From an uncultured Gemmatimonadaceae bacterium (GTDB taxonomy: Bacteria > Gemmatimonadota > Gemmatimonadetes > Gemmatimonadales > Gemmatimonadaceae), in the NCBI GenBank assembly GCA_963822945.1, contig CAWGJO010000020.1, positions 768,001 to 832,000 on the forward strand: a stretch of 64,000 bases of DNA, in the 5' to 3' direction. Position 1 is the stretch's first letter. Each line of letters starts with the position of its first letter. Position numbers and translations under genes: made by a program. A model generated the notes under the pieces. That model did no database searches. It was given only the letters and a program-made list of their open reading frames with translations, and was not told where the DNA came from. This document shows, in pieces, positions 31,241-41,195 of this stretch.

Positions 31241-32902
31241 CTAAGAATCACGCACTGGCAACCAGACGGTGAATGTAGATCCGGTACCCACTACACTCTC
31301 CACCGTTACCTCCCCTCCAAGCAACGCTGCCAGTCGCCGGGATATCGGAAGCCCAAGACCGGTGCCGTGATTCTGTCCGTCTCCTGACCTCTGTGAACGC
31401 ACCTGTTCGAACTCATCAAAAATGCGTTCCAGGTCGCCGGCGGCAATTCCAATACCAGCGTCCGCAACCTCGATAGCTATCCAACCCTCCGAGTCATCCG
31501 AACGCGGAACTGCGTGCTGGCCGGTCGCGGTGAGGCTGCGCGGCGGTGGTCCCGTTCGCTCGAACCGCGTGCGCAATTCGATTTCACCGCGGTCCGTGTA
31601 CTTCACGGCATTACCCAACAGATTGATTAGAATCTGGCGCAGATGTGTCGGGTCCGTTCGAACCCTCGGGATTTCCGCCGTCGTGAGGATCTTCACCGTG
31701 AGATGCTTCTCTGCAACGAGCGGCTCAATCTCGCTGACCACGTTCGTCAAGAACGCCCGTAATGCTACGGTTTCCACACGAACGTCGACTCGCCCAGCTG
31801 CGATCTTTGCGATATCCAATACCTGATCAACCAGTGTTCGCAATCTTGCCGCAGATGTGGCGATTCGTTCCACCGGTGAAATCTGCTTCGCAGAAAGTTC
31901 TCCGTACCCGCCGTCACGAAGGAGATCCACAAAGCCCACGATCGCGTTCAGCGGGGTCCGCAACTCGTGTGAGACGTTCGCCAGAAACTCGCTCTTCATT
32001 CGATTCGCTCTGAGCAACTCGGCCGACAGTCGCTCGAGTTCAATCGATCGCTCCGCAATTCTTGCCGTCTGCCGACGCTCCCGTACCAGCCCGAATAACA
32101 GCAGAACCAGCGCCATACTTCCAACGGTCCATATTGCGATACGGCTCGTATTCTGCCGGGCCGCCTGCCCTGAAATGACGAACCACGACGGCTCGCCCGG
32201 CAATGGAAGGCGAACCGGGGCGCTCTGTCGCCCTTCGCTCTTGTATGCCGGCGTCTTCGCAACCGTGTCCCCGTCTACCAAGAGAGCAAGAAACGATCGT
32301 CCTTGAACCGCCGCGCTTTCGGCCGGCGCCAGTAGTACCTGGTCGTCAATCAGTGCAACCGCAATTCCCGTGAACTCGCCGTTTTCCACCACCGGTTCAC
32401 CCAGCAAGGCTTCGCCAGACTCCGTGCGGTCGTTGCGCCATCCTTTACTGTTGCTCATTCCCCGCAACTGCAAATGACGACTGGCCGAGACGTGGCGTGC
32501 GAGCATGCGAATGGCCTGAGCGCCTACTTGAGATCCGGGTTCAGGTTCTCCCCACCAGGCCGAGTCGATCACGGCATTGCCGAGCGTATCCAAAACCCAT
32601 ACCGCCCGGATGCCGTGAAGCTGCTCTTTGGCCAGTATCCGGTGCTGAAGCGAGCCCCCGGTTCTTTCACGAGCGGATCGTGAGCCCAGTTCGTAAAGGT
32701 GTTCTGCCGCCAACTCCACTTCCTGCGCAATGATCTTCGCAGAGGTCGCAGCGTCCAGAGCCGACTGCTCATCCATGCTTTCCCGAAGTGAACGGTCAGC
32801 CAGCAGCAGTCCGACGAGCAGCAGCACCAGGAGAGCAACCAGCAGCAGCACGAAGAGACTGATCCGATCGCTGGTCTTCCACATCTCACCGACAGTTTTC
32901 AT
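31241..32902 (-). CDS. Membrane sensor histidine kinase
   Basis: Two TM segments, FLANVSHELRTPLNAI (H box), NL.GNAVKYT, D.GIGI, GTGLGL. Confidence 0.95.
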   Translation of the reverse strand: MKTVGEMWKTSDRISLFVLLLVALLVLLLVGLLLADRSLRESMDEQSALDAATSAKIIAQEVELAAEHLYELGSRSARERTGGSLQHRILAKEQLHGIRAVWVLDTLGNAVIDSAWWGEPEPGSQVGAQAIRMLARHVSASRHLQLRGMSNSKGWRNDRTESGEALLGEPVVENGEFTGIAVALIDDQVLLAPAESAAVQGRSFLALLVDGDTVAKTPAYKSEGRQSAPVRLPLPGEPSWFVISGQAARQNTSRIAIWTVGSMALVLLLFGLVRERRQTARIAERSIELERLSAELLRANRMKSEFLANVSHELRTPLNAIVGFVDLLRDGGYGELSAKQISPVERIATSAARLRTLVDQVLDIAKIAAGRVDVRVETVALRAFLTNVVSEIEPLVAEKHLTVKILTTAEIPRVRTDPTHLRQILINLLGNAVKYTDRGEIELRTRFERTGPPPRSLTATGQHAVPRSDDSEGWIAIEVADAGIGIAAGDLERIFDEFEQVRSQRSGDGQNHGTGLGLPISRRLAALLGGEVTVESVVGTGSTFTVWLPVRDS

Positions 32903-32911
32903 CGCGCACCG

Positions 32912-33799
32912 TCAGGGGGTTTGAGCAGGACCGGATCCCATCAGTGAACCACTTCTGCCTGAGAACGGTTCAAATTCGGACAGTATGCCTCGATACGGAA
33001 GTATGACCTCGTGTTCAAAGAATTCGACCATCTTCCGCCCTGTGAATTCCTTCCGAAACTCGAGCGCTGTCACTCCCATCACGCTCCGGACGTGCCGACC
33101 GAAGCTCTGCGGAGACGAGTAGTCCAGGTGATTCGCGACGTTGGCAATCGAGAAGCCGGAATTCTCAAAGAGATAGGCAGCACGAATCAACCTCACGAGC
33201 GATAGGTACTGCTTGGGCGTTGGAAGCCCGGCGCGATAGAACCGGCTCATGAGGGTACTCGGAAGTATCTGAAGTACTTCGGCAAGTTCCCGCACGGAAC
33301 CTATTCTGGGCGAGTGGCGCAATACCATTTCGAAGAATACCCAGGTGCCTTGTGTCACCTTCCCCAGGCATTGTTGCAGTCGTCGTTTCACCAGTTCCTG
33401 GATCCGGTCGGTGCGCTCATCAAGCAAGATGGTTCGCAATTGATTCCAACCCTGGCGCGACCGTACATCTACAATTCGTCTCACTCCCTCTTGGCCAAGT
33501 TGCAGAACCGTTTCCACTGTTCTCGCTGATTCCCCGCTCAGAATCGCCACGGTGGGAATGCGCGGAATTTCACGAATCATCTGCGATACCTTCTGCCATT
33601 GTCCCCTTTCGCAGTACTGAACAGACATCAGCACCACCGAACTCCCATGGTTCTTCACGTCAGCAAGCACTTCCCGTGGTTCCGTATGATGCGAGGCGAT
33701 GTACACACCAGTTCCAGCGGCGTCTACGCGAATCCGCTCGTCCAGGGTGAGAATCGTCGAAATTCTGGCAAGCTCCTCTCCATGATTCGTCACGGTCAT
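32912..33799 (-). CDS. AraC-family transcriptional regulator with receiver-like N-terminal domain
   Basis: C-terminal double HTH (SVRELA..L, SIANVANHLDYSSPQSFGRH.R...G.T). Confidence 0.85.
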   Translation of the reverse strand: MTVTNHGEELARISTILTLDERIRVDAAGTGVYIASHHTEPREVLADVKNHGSSVVLMSVQYCERGQWQKVSQMIREIPRIPTVAILSGESARTVETVLQLGQEGVRRIVDVRSRQGWNQLRTILLDERTDRIQELVKRRLQQCLGKVTQGTWVFFEMVLRHSPRIGSVRELAEVLQILPSTLMSRFYRAGLPTPKQYLSLVRLIRAAYLFENSGFSIANVANHLDYSSPQSFGRHVRSVMGVTALEFRKEFTGRKMVEFFEHEVILPYRGILSEFEPFSGRSGSLMGSGPAQTP

Positions 33800-33991
33800 G
33801 ATGGAATGCCTCGGGAAAATGGTGCAACGAGATGAACATCTGTCACCAAGGCATTATGGATCCTCGCGTCACATCAGCGTCACCTGCTTCTTCAACAGGG
33901 CATAAACCCATATTTCACAAGCACCTACGCCATGATTGCTGGCTAGATGCCCGAGGAGATCTGTGTTAGATTTCTCTTCGTACGTAATGCC

Positions 33992-34354
33992 GTTTCCAAT
34001 CAGACGATCGCGAAAGGAATCTTTCGAGGAAAGTCCGGACACCACTGAGCAAATCGCCAGGTAACGCCTGGGCGGAGGATTTTCATCCGACGGATAGCGC
34101 CACAGAAAATACACCGCCTGTGATCTTCCAAAGATCAAGGTAAGGGTGAAAAGGTGAGGTAAGAGCTCACCGCGAAATTGGCAACAATTTCGGCATGGCA
34201 AGCCCCGGTTGGTGCAAGGCCAAATAGGCAGTGAGAGTGCTCAGCTCGCCAAAGACACTGCGGGTAGGCTGCTAGAGAGCTCGAGCGATCGTGCTCCGAG
34301 AGAAATGATCGTCCGATGGCGACATCGACAGAATCCGGCTTATCGATTGGAAAC
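33992..34354 (+). ncRNA. rnpB: RNase P RNA, bacterial class A
   Basis: P1 helix GTTTCCAATC/GATTGGAAAC; conserved GAGGAAAGTCC (34026) and ACAGAATCCGGCTTA (34328); AGCGCCACAGAAA and AGGGTGAAA.GGT.AGGTAAGAG motifs. Confidence 0.97.
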
Positions 34355-34356
34355 TC

Positions 34357-34394
34357 AAAATGGGCACGCCGCAATTTTGCGACGTGCCCATTTT
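34357..34394. terminator. Bidirectional intrinsic terminator between rnpB and dnaN
   Basis: AAAATGGGCACG...CGTGCCCATTTT inverted repeat with A/T tails on both sides. Confidence 0.85.
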
Positions 34395-34425
34395 CTTCTG
34401 CCTCTGATCTACCCCACCTACCCCA

Positions 34426-35538
34426 CTAGTCAACCAGGCGCAGTGGCATCACGAGACACATATACTCTCCTTCGCCTGACCAATTTTCTGGTTCCATCGT
34501 AGCCGCACGCTCTGGTGCCTTGAATGTCATTTTCACTTCTTCGGTAGGCATATAGCGTAACATCTCGAGCAGGTAACTCGCGTTGAAGCCAATATCCAGC
34601 GGATCTCCAGTATACCGAACAGCCAATTCATCCTGCGCTTCACCCAGATCAGGTGTTTGAACGCTGAATCGAAGAATTCCAGCATTGAAGGTCATTCGAA
34701 TGCGGTGTGTTTGATCAGAAGCGATAACCGACATGCGCCGGAGAGCACTCGACAGAGCCACTTTATCAACAATAGCCCACTTATCATTATCCCGCGGAAT
34801 CACCTGATCATAGGGAGGATACGGACCTTCAATCAAACGTGTGTAGACAGTTGTGAACGGAGATCGAAATGCCACATGATTGTCTCCCTTCCCAACTTCT
34901 AGCTCCTCATCTGCTGGAAAAAGACGACGAATCTGTTCCAACGCCTTTGGCGGTAGAATCAAGTCTCCCACCATACCTTTCGGAACCTTCATTCCAGCTT
35001 CCATGCGAGCCAGACGATGTCCATTCGTTGCCACCATGGCCATGGAATTCGCTTTCGTCTCCCACAGAACTCCATTCAGAATTGGTCGACTTTCTTCCGT
35101 CGATACCGCAAATGCAGTATGACCGATGAGCTGCTGTAAAGTCGAAGACGGAATCCGCCAATTCTGCGTGAACTTGATTGCGGGATAAGAAGGAAACTCC
35201 TCCTTTGGAAGACCTAGAATCTTGAAATGAGCTCGCCCACAATCCAGGACTAAGCGTTGCTCACCCAATGAACTAATTCTCACAGGAGCGGGTGGTAGTT
35301 CTCGAGCGATATCAATCAATTTCTTCGCCGGCACCGTAATACCACCTTTTTCCTCAACGTCTGCTGAAACCTCCGTACTAACAGCAATATCGAGATCCGT
35401 CGCTGAGAATTGGGCCCCTTTTTCTCCACCTTCAATCAGCAGATTACTCAGAACGGGCAGGGTACTCTTTGGTGGAACCGTAGCTCCAACTGCAGCCAGG
35501 CCCTCCTGAAGCTTTTCCCGAGAGATCGTAAAACGCAT
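34426..35538 (-). CDS. dnaN: DNA polymerase III beta sliding clamp
   Basis: ATDLD, RPILNGV, ATNGHRLA, RLIEG.YP.Y..VIP, IGFNA.YL, VMPLR. Confidence 0.98.
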   Translation of the reverse strand: MRFTISREKLQEGLAAVGATVPPKSTLPVLSNLLIEGGEKGAQFSATDLDIAVSTEVSADVEEKGGITVPAKKLIDIARELPPAPVRISSLGEQRLVLDCGRAHFKILGLPKEEFPSYPAIKFTQNWRIPSSTLQQLIGHTAFAVSTEESRPILNGVLWETKANSMAMVATNGHRLARMEAGMKVPKGMVGDLILPPKALEQIRRLFPADEELEVGKGDNHVAFRSPFTTVYTRLIEGPYPPYDQVIPRDNDKWAIVDKVALSSALRRMSVIASDQTHRIRMTFNAGILRFSVQTPDLGEAQDELAVRYTGDPLDIGFNASYLLEMLRYMPTEEVKMTFKAPERAATMEPENWSGEGEYMCLVMPLRLVD

Positions 35539-35699
35539 CGATTAATGCCTAGTGAGTAAGGTGGTAGAGAAATTTGCGGCTACGTAATTGGCGTCAGCTC
35601 TTTAGTAGTGCTAGTAGGGAGTCAACACTTGGGGAAAATTGCTGGAAATAGTTCGTGCAGTTGGTCTTTGCAGTGTTGGATAGAGTGGAAAAGGTGTGG
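35539..35699. other. oriC: Replication origin unwinding region (oriC) between dnaA and dnaN
   Basis: DnaA-box-like TTTTCCCCA and TTTTCCACT on the minus strand; DnaA-trio array TAGTAGTGCTAGTAG at 35603-35617; plus strand changes from C-rich to G-rich across the region. Confidence 0.8.
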
Positions 35700-37115
35700 T
35701 CAGGATTCAATTGATGTTGAGATTGTACCTGGCGTGAGCTCGGAAAGACCCAGAAGCCGACGTGCTGTGTTGTACTTGGACAGAAGTTGCGAGGAGTTTT
35801 GTAGAAGATCTTGAGCTCTGGAGAGACTATGAATGACTGTGGAATGATCACGGCCACCAAAAGCTGCACCGATTTCAATGAGCTGTGTCCGGAGAGTGGT
35901 TCTTGCGAGAAGCATTGCAAGTTGGCGAGGAACCGTAAGCGTTTGAACTCTGGCTTTTGAGCACAAACCCTCAACCGTGACATTCCAAACCTGAGCTATG
36001 ATTTCCTGAATTCGGGAGATGGAGAGAGTTTGAGATTCTACTGCACCAATACTGGTTGATCTGTGCGTTGATCGGAGAGCTTCCTGGGCAAGTGAAACAT
36101 CTATCTGTCGATGCTTGAGTGATGCAAAAGCTAGGATCTTGATGATTGATCCCTCCAGTTCTCTGACACTGGAGTTGATCGTCTCAGCGATGTACTCGAT
36201 AACGTCATGTGGGAACGTAACTTCAAGGTGATCAAGTTCGGCTTTCTGCTGGAGAATTGCAATTCGGTGCTCCACATCGGGTGGCTCAATATCGGCGACC
36301 ATTCCCCATTGAAATCGACTAACGAGTCGGGCCTCGAGTCCTCCAATCTCTGCTGGTGGACGATCACTGGTTAGTACGATCTGGCGGCCGGCTTCATACA
36401 AGGCATTGAAGGTGTGGAAAAACTCGTCTTGTGTTGCTTCCTTCCCCTTCAGGAAGTGAATGTCATCGATCAGAAGAAGGTCTGTTTCTCGAAAGCGGCG
36501 TCGAAACTCAGCATTCTTGCGACTCTGAATCGATGCGACCATTTCATTCGTGAACTGCTCGGTACTGAGATAGGTCACTCGAATATCGGGATGACTGCTC
36601 AGCACCTCGTGTCCAATCGCCTGCATCAGGTGAGTCTTTCCAAGACCGGTGCGGCCGTAGATAAAGAACGGATTGTAGACGCGACCGGGCGCTTCTGCGA
36701 CGGCATGTGCTGCAGCCGCTGCAAGTTCGTTTGACTTGCCTATTACAAAGTGCTCGAAAGTATATCTGTCATGTAAGACTGGCGTATTAGTGACGTTATT
36801 GTGGTGCGCTTGTGTCGCCGGTTTCTCCAGCGTGAAGAAGTCCATCTGAGGGCGCTGCTGACGGTCTTGGTCAACGCTAAAGGCCAGACTGACGGGATGT
36901 CCGAGCGCGACTGGAGCAAATGAGGTAAGGAGCTCACCGTACTTGGACTCGGTCCAATCGCGGGAAAATTGGTCAGGAAGACTGAGCGTCAGGACTCGCT
37001 CATCCCACGAAACGGGTACGATAGGCTCGAGCCATGTGCGCATGACGTCGTCGCCCACAGTGGCCTTGGCTTGGGTGAGAAGCCTGGTCCAAATTTCTTG
37101 CGCTGGAGTGGGCAT
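35700..37115 (-). CDS. dnaA: Chromosomal replication initiator
   Basis: YTFE.FV.G.SN, YNP.FIYG..GLGKTHL, LLIDDI, RL.SRF, RELEG, GGRDHSTV.H. Confidence 0.98.
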   Translation of the reverse strand: MPTPAQEIWTRLLTQAKATVGDDVMRTWLEPIVPVSWDERVLTLSLPDQFSRDWTESKYGELLTSFAPVALGHPVSLAFSVDQDRQQRPQMDFFTLEKPATQAHHNNVTNTPVLHDRYTFEHFVIGKSNELAAAAAHAVAEAPGRVYNPFFIYGRTGLGKTHLMQAIGHEVLSSHPDIRVTYLSTEQFTNEMVASIQSRKNAEFRRRFRETDLLLIDDIHFLKGKEATQDEFFHTFNALYEAGRQIVLTSDRPPAEIGGLEARLVSRFQWGMVADIEPPDVEHRIAILQQKAELDHLEVTFPHDVIEYIAETINSSVRELEGSIIKILAFASLKHRQIDVSLAQEALRSTHRSTSIGAVESQTLSISRIQEIIAQVWNVTVEGLCSKARVQTLTVPRQLAMLLARTTLRTQLIEIGAAFGGRDHSTVIHSLSRAQDLLQNSSQLLSKYNTARRLLGLSELTPGTISTSIES

Positions 37116-37124
37116 AGTTAGTGA

Positions 37125-37133
37125 TGTGGATAA
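37125..37133 (-). promoter_or_regulatory. Perfect DnaA box just upstream of dnaA (autoregulation)
   Basis: TTATCCACA on the minus strand, 9 nt from the dnaA ATG. Confidence 0.85.
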
Positions 37134-37224
37134 CTAGTAAGGCTGGCCAAAGTACCGCGCATGAAGAAGGAAGGCAACTGCTGAATCGTGGCCGAATGGT
37201 GGGTAGAGGAAGCCCCGTCTTACC

Positions 37225-37253
37225 TTGACCTATGTGCAAGAGATGACTAGTCT
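37225..37253 (+). promoter_or_regulatory. Sigma70-type promoter for the rpmH operon
   Basis: TTGACC-17 nt-TAGTCT. Confidence 0.6.
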
Positions 37254-37301
37254 TACAGATCTCTGGCATACCGTATTGACTGGACCTATTTGGAGTGATA
37301 G

Positions 37302-37466
37302 ATGGGCAAGCCAACCTACCGTCCGCGAAACAAGCGACGGATTAAGAAGCATGGATTCCGTGCGCGCATGGAGACGAAGTGGGGACGGAAGGTATTGAGT
37401 GAACGCCGCAAGAAGGGGCGGAAGCGTCTTGCGGTTAAGCTTCCGAGCAAGTACGCTGGCGCGTAG
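37302..37466 (+). CDS. rpmH: 50S ribosomal protein L34 (54 aa; not in the ORF track)
   Basis: [54 protein letters not shown]; divergent from dnaA. Confidence 0.97.
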   Translation: MGKPTYRPRNKRRIKKHGFRARMETKWGRKVLSERRKKGRKRLAVKLPSKYAGA

Positions 37467-37832
37467 ATGAGTGAAGGGTATCCGCGCGTACGGCGGATTA
37501 CTCGAAGCTCAGAATTTGGTAGAATCTCGAAGCAGGGGAAGCGAGTCCGCGCGTTGGGCCTTGACGTGCGACTGCTCGCTTCCCCTTTGAACTATGTGCG
37601 GGTTGGAATCGTGGTTCCTCGCCATGGGCAGTCGGCCGTGCGGCGCAACTTGCTCAAACGCCGGCTTCGGGAACTTGCGCGCACCCTCTTGCTTCCGCTC
37701 GAGGCTTCGGGAGATGTGGTGATCCGCTGCAAACCGAGCGCCTACGGGCAGACGTTTGAAGAGCTGAAACAAGAGTTGGTTGGTGTGCGAAACGCTTTAC
37801 TGGAAGAGAAGAACACGCAGGGCGAACCGTGA
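37467..37832 (+). CDS. rnpA: Ribonuclease P protein component
   Basis: RVGIVV.R...SAVRRN.LKRRLRE (RNR motif); synteny. Confidence 0.95.
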   Translation: MSEGYPRVRRITRSSEFGRISKQGKRVRALGLDVRLLASPLNYVRVGIVVPRHGQSAVRRNLLKRRLRELARTLLLPLEASGDVVIRCKPSAYGQTFEELKQELVGVRNALLEEKNTQGEP

Positions 37833-38038
37833 AACGACTGCTTGTGTTACTGGTCCGGGCATACCAGCTGTGGATTGGCCCGTTGCTGCCTCCGTCTTGT
37901 CGGTACTACCCCACCTGTTCTACATACGCGGTCGAAGCTCTGGAGAAACACGGTGCGCTTCGAGGCGGGTGGATGGCCGTGCGAAGAATCCTTCGCTGTC
38001 ACCCGTTCCATAAGGGCGGGTACGATCCGGTTCCCTAA
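37829..38038 (+). CDS. yidD: Membrane protein insertion efficiency factor
   Basis: [24 protein letters not shown]. Confidence 0.96.
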   Translation: MKRLLVLLVRAYQLWIGPLLPPSCRYYPTCSTYAVEALEKHGALRGGWMAVRRILRCHPFHKGGYDPVP

Positions 38039-38055
38039 CAGATATTCATTACGTC

Positions 38056-39777
38056 ATGGACCGACGCGTATTTCTTGCCGTGATTCTCACGGCGGTAGTG
38101 ATCGTGGTAACACCACTTCTGTTTCCGGGAGCAAACCGGCGAAATGTGGTGGACTCGCTTCAGGCCGACTCCACGGCACTGAACCAGGCGATGCTGAAGG
38201 GATCCGCTGACTCGACGACGGAGACAGCAGCACCCAACAAGCAGAGACAGCGGTCAAAATCGGACAGCGCAACACCGCAAGTCACGCTCTCTCATCCTAC
38301 GCTGGCCGTGTCGGACAGTCTGGCCGCCACGAGCCAGCATATGACGGTCTGGTATGCCGATGAAGGGGCGTCGCCACTGAGCGTGGTGCTGAAGGACTAC
38401 CAATCACGCGATACGATGCGTGCAAAAGGGCCGGTCGTTCTTCGTACTCCCCGAGGCCAGCCGCTGATAGAATACGCGTTGCAGATGGGCGATTCGTCGA
38501 TTCCGCTGACAGCGAACGCGCTTGCAGGCAAGACGCAGACGATAGATGGGCGGCAGGTCGTAGAGTACACGGGAACGGTAAGCGGCCATGCGGTAAAGGT
38601 CTCTTACTCCAGTCCACGGTCCGACTCTGGACGGTACCTGATCCACACAGACGTGAGCGTCGGGAGTGCGACTCCACACAGCGCGCTCTCCATCACGCTG
38701 CCGTCGACGCTTGCATCGATGGAAACGGACACCGCGGATGACATTCACCATTTGGCGTATGGATATCGAACGGCAAGCGGGGACGTGAAGAGCGTGGCAT
38801 TCTCGAAGCTCGACTCCGGCGTGAACAAGCCGGTCTCGGGACCGCTCGAATGGGTAGCGCTACGGAACAAGTACTTCCTGATTGCGTTGGTCGTGCCGGA
38901 TAGTGCGATTGCCGAGGCCACGTTCAGCGGAGCACCGCGGGTCCAGAAGCTGGCACCCGAAGCCCACGCCGCCCTGTCAATTCCGTTGCAGAACGGGCAT
39001 GCGAGCTTCGAGATCTACATGGGTCCGCAAGAGTTCGAACGCCTACGAGCCATGGGGCATGGGCTCGACCAGGTAAATCCATATGCCGGGTGGTTTCACA
39101 GTGTCGTGCAACCATTCGCCACCATCGTCACACGGGTCCTGTTGTGGATGAAGCGCTCGTCCGGGCTTGGCTACGGATGGGTGATCATCATCTTCGGCGT
39201 GGTGGTCCGGCTTCTGCTCTGGCCGCTCAACCAGAGCGCAATGCGCACCAGCATTCGGATGCAGCGAATCCAGCCGGAGTTGGCGGAAGTTCAGAAGAAG
39301 TACAAGAGCGACCCGAAAAAGCAGCAGGAAGCACTGGTGAAGTTGTACCAGGCCCATGGGATGACACCATTCAGCCCGATGATGGGGTGTCTCCCCATGA
39401 TGCTTCCGATGCCGATTCTATTCGCGTTGTATTTCGTGTTCCTGAACACCATTGAATTCCGTGGCGTGTCGTTTCTCTGGATGCACGACATCTCGGCGGC
39501 TGATCCGTACTACATCACCCCCCTGGTGATGGGACTGTCGATGTTCGCGCTCTCCTGGATCGGCATGCGGGGAACACCGCCCACCGCACAGACGCGCATG
39601 ATGAGCTACATGATGCCTGTCGTGCTGACGTTCATGTTCTTCCGATTCGCAGCCGGATTGAACCTGTACTACGCCGTGCAGAATCTCGCAGCGCTTCCAC
39701 AACAGTGGTTGCTTGCTCGTGAACGGGCCGGAGCCGCCGCGAGCACCACCGCAGCCACGCGGCGAGACAAGGGCTAA
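38056..39777 (+). CDS. yidC: Membrane protein insertase
   Basis: N-terminal TM, periplasmic domain, YG..II...VVR..LWPL, GCLP, F..I..DPYY. Confidence 0.96.
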   Translation: MDRRVFLAVILTAVVIVVTPLLFPGANRRNVVDSLQADSTALNQAMLKGSADSTTETAAPNKQRQRSKSDSATPQVTLSHPTLAVSDSLAATSQHMTVWYADEGASPLSVVLKDYQSRDTMRAKGPVVLRTPRGQPLIEYALQMGDSSIPLTANALAGKTQTIDGRQVVEYTGTVSGHAVKVSYSSPRSDSGRYLIHTDVSVGSATPHSALSITLPSTLASMETDTADDIHHLAYGYRTASGDVKSVAFSKLDSGVNKPVSGPLEWVALRNKYFLIALVVPDSAIAEATFSGAPRVQKLAPEAHAALSIPLQNGHASFEIYMGPQEFERLRAMGHGLDQVNPYAGWFHSVVQPFATIVTRVLLWMKRSSGLGYGWVIIIFGVVVRLLLWPLNQSAMRTSIRMQRIQPELAEVQKKYKSDPKKQQEALVKLYQAHGMTPFSPMMGCLPMMLPMPILFALYFVFLNTIEFRGVSFLWMHDISAADPYYITPLVMGLSMFALSWIGMRGTPPTAQTRMMSYMMPVVLTFMFFRFAAGLNLYYAVQNLAALPQQWLLARERAGAAASTTAATRRDKG

Positions 39778-39797
39778 CGCGAGCGGCACCCGTCCGT

Positions 39798-41147
39798 GTG
39801 AGGAACCCGATGCGCTCTGCCGACTCAATCGTGGCAACCGCTACGGCACCGGGAATCGGGGCGCTGTCGATCGTTCGCCTGTCCGGGCCGGGGTGTCGCC
39901 AGATACTCGCGGGCCTCACCGACGGGCGTCAGACCTCCGCCCGCGTAGCCACGCTACGCACGCTGCGGTCGAGCCGTGGAGATGTCCTCGATGAAGCGAT
40001 CGTCATCGAATACCAGGCGCCGCACTCCTATACGGGTGAGGACGCAGTGGAAATCATCTGCCATGGCGGGTGGGTAACCGCAACGCGAATTACCAGCGCG
40101 CTGATAGAAGCAGGAGCGCGGCCGGCGCACCCGGGAGAGTTTACGCGCCGCGCGGTTCTCAATGGGAAGCTGGATCTTCTGCAGGCGGAAGCGGTCAACG
40201 ATCTGATTCGAACCGAGTCGACCGCCGGTGCGGCGCTCGCCCTGCGGCAACTCGATGGTGGACTCTCGGAACGGATCGCGCAGCTGCGCGAAGAGATCCT
40301 GAGCATCGAGGCCCTGGTTGCCTACGAGATCGACTTTCCCGAAGAGGACGACGGTCCAGTCGAGGAGGAGAGAATCGTCGCGGCGACGGCGAACGTTCTC
40401 GATTCCATGCGTGGATTGATCGAAACCACACCGGGAGGCGAACTGGTGCGCCAGGGAGCGCTCGTTGCGATCGTCGGCAAGCCGAACGTGGGAAAGTCCT
40501 CGCTGTTCAACGCATTGCTTGGTCGAAAGCGCGCTCTGGTGACCGATATTCCGGGAACGACACGAGATGCGATCGAAGCCGTGCTGGACGTTGAACCGGT
40601 TCCCCTCCGTCTGGTGGATACGGCGGGACTCCGGGATTCGAGCGACGAGGTGGAACGGCTGGGTGTGAAGGTAAGTCGAGACTACCTGGAAGCGGCGACG
40701 GTGGTGCTGGTCTGCGGCGACTCAGCGCAGACACTGGCGGAAGCGATTGCCGATGCAGAGCAGAGCGCGACAGGCCTCGTCATACCGGTGCAAACGAAGT
40801 CGGACCTGCATCGGACGTCGTTGGCGGGGGCGGTTGGCGTAAGTGCCGTGACAGGGGAGGGATTGGACGCGCTCGTCGCGGACGTCTCAGGGCGGGTCGG
40901 ACGAGACGTCGGGCTCCCCAACCCGGAGTCGCCGGTGGTTACGCATGCCCGATACCGCCAAGTGCTGACCAGGGCAAGCGCTGAATTGGTGGCCTTTCAG
41001 GAGGCCCGCACGTCCGGCGCCGTGCCGGCGACCGTGAGCGCCGTTCATTTGCACGAGTGCGTCCGGATCCTGGAGGAATTGATCGGCGCCGTTGATGTGG
41101 AAGAGATACTCGGTCGCGTGTTCAGCTCATTCTGCGTGGGCAAGTAG
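39798..41147 (+). CDS. mnmE: tRNA modification GTPase
   Basis: [41 protein letters not shown]-terminus. Confidence 0.97.
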   Translation: MRNPMRSADSIVATATAPGIGALSIVRLSGPGCRQILAGLTDGRQTSARVATLRTLRSSRGDVLDEAIVIEYQAPHSYTGEDAVEIICHGGWVTATRITSALIEAGARPAHPGEFTRRAVLNGKLDLLQAEAVNDLIRTESTAGAALALRQLDGGLSERIAQLREEILSIEALVAYEIDFPEEDDGPVEEERIVAATANVLDSMRGLIETTPGGELVRQGALVAIVGKPNVGKSSLFNALLGRKRALVTDIPGTTRDAIEAVLDVEPVPLRLVDTAGLRDSSDEVERLGVKVSRDYLEAATVVLVCGDSAQTLAEAIADAEQSATGLVIPVQTKSDLHRTSLAGAVGVSAVTGEGLDALVADVSGRVGRDVGLPNPESPVVTHARYRQVLTRASAELVAFQEARTSGAVPATVSAVHLHECVRILEELIGAVDVEEILGRVFSSFCVGK

Positions 41148-41195
41148 CGACGAGCCGAGAAAGCACCTGGCCCCGACCGACGAGGAAACGAGGCG

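Noticed and set aside
33869..34502. Short ORFs 33869..34201, 34135..34374 and 34209..34502
   Set aside because: They overlap the RNase P RNA gene, which explains the region.
32900..37300. Low-GC stretch as a genomic island
   Set aside because: It contains dnaA, dnaN and rnpB, with no integrase, tRNA or flanking direct repeats.
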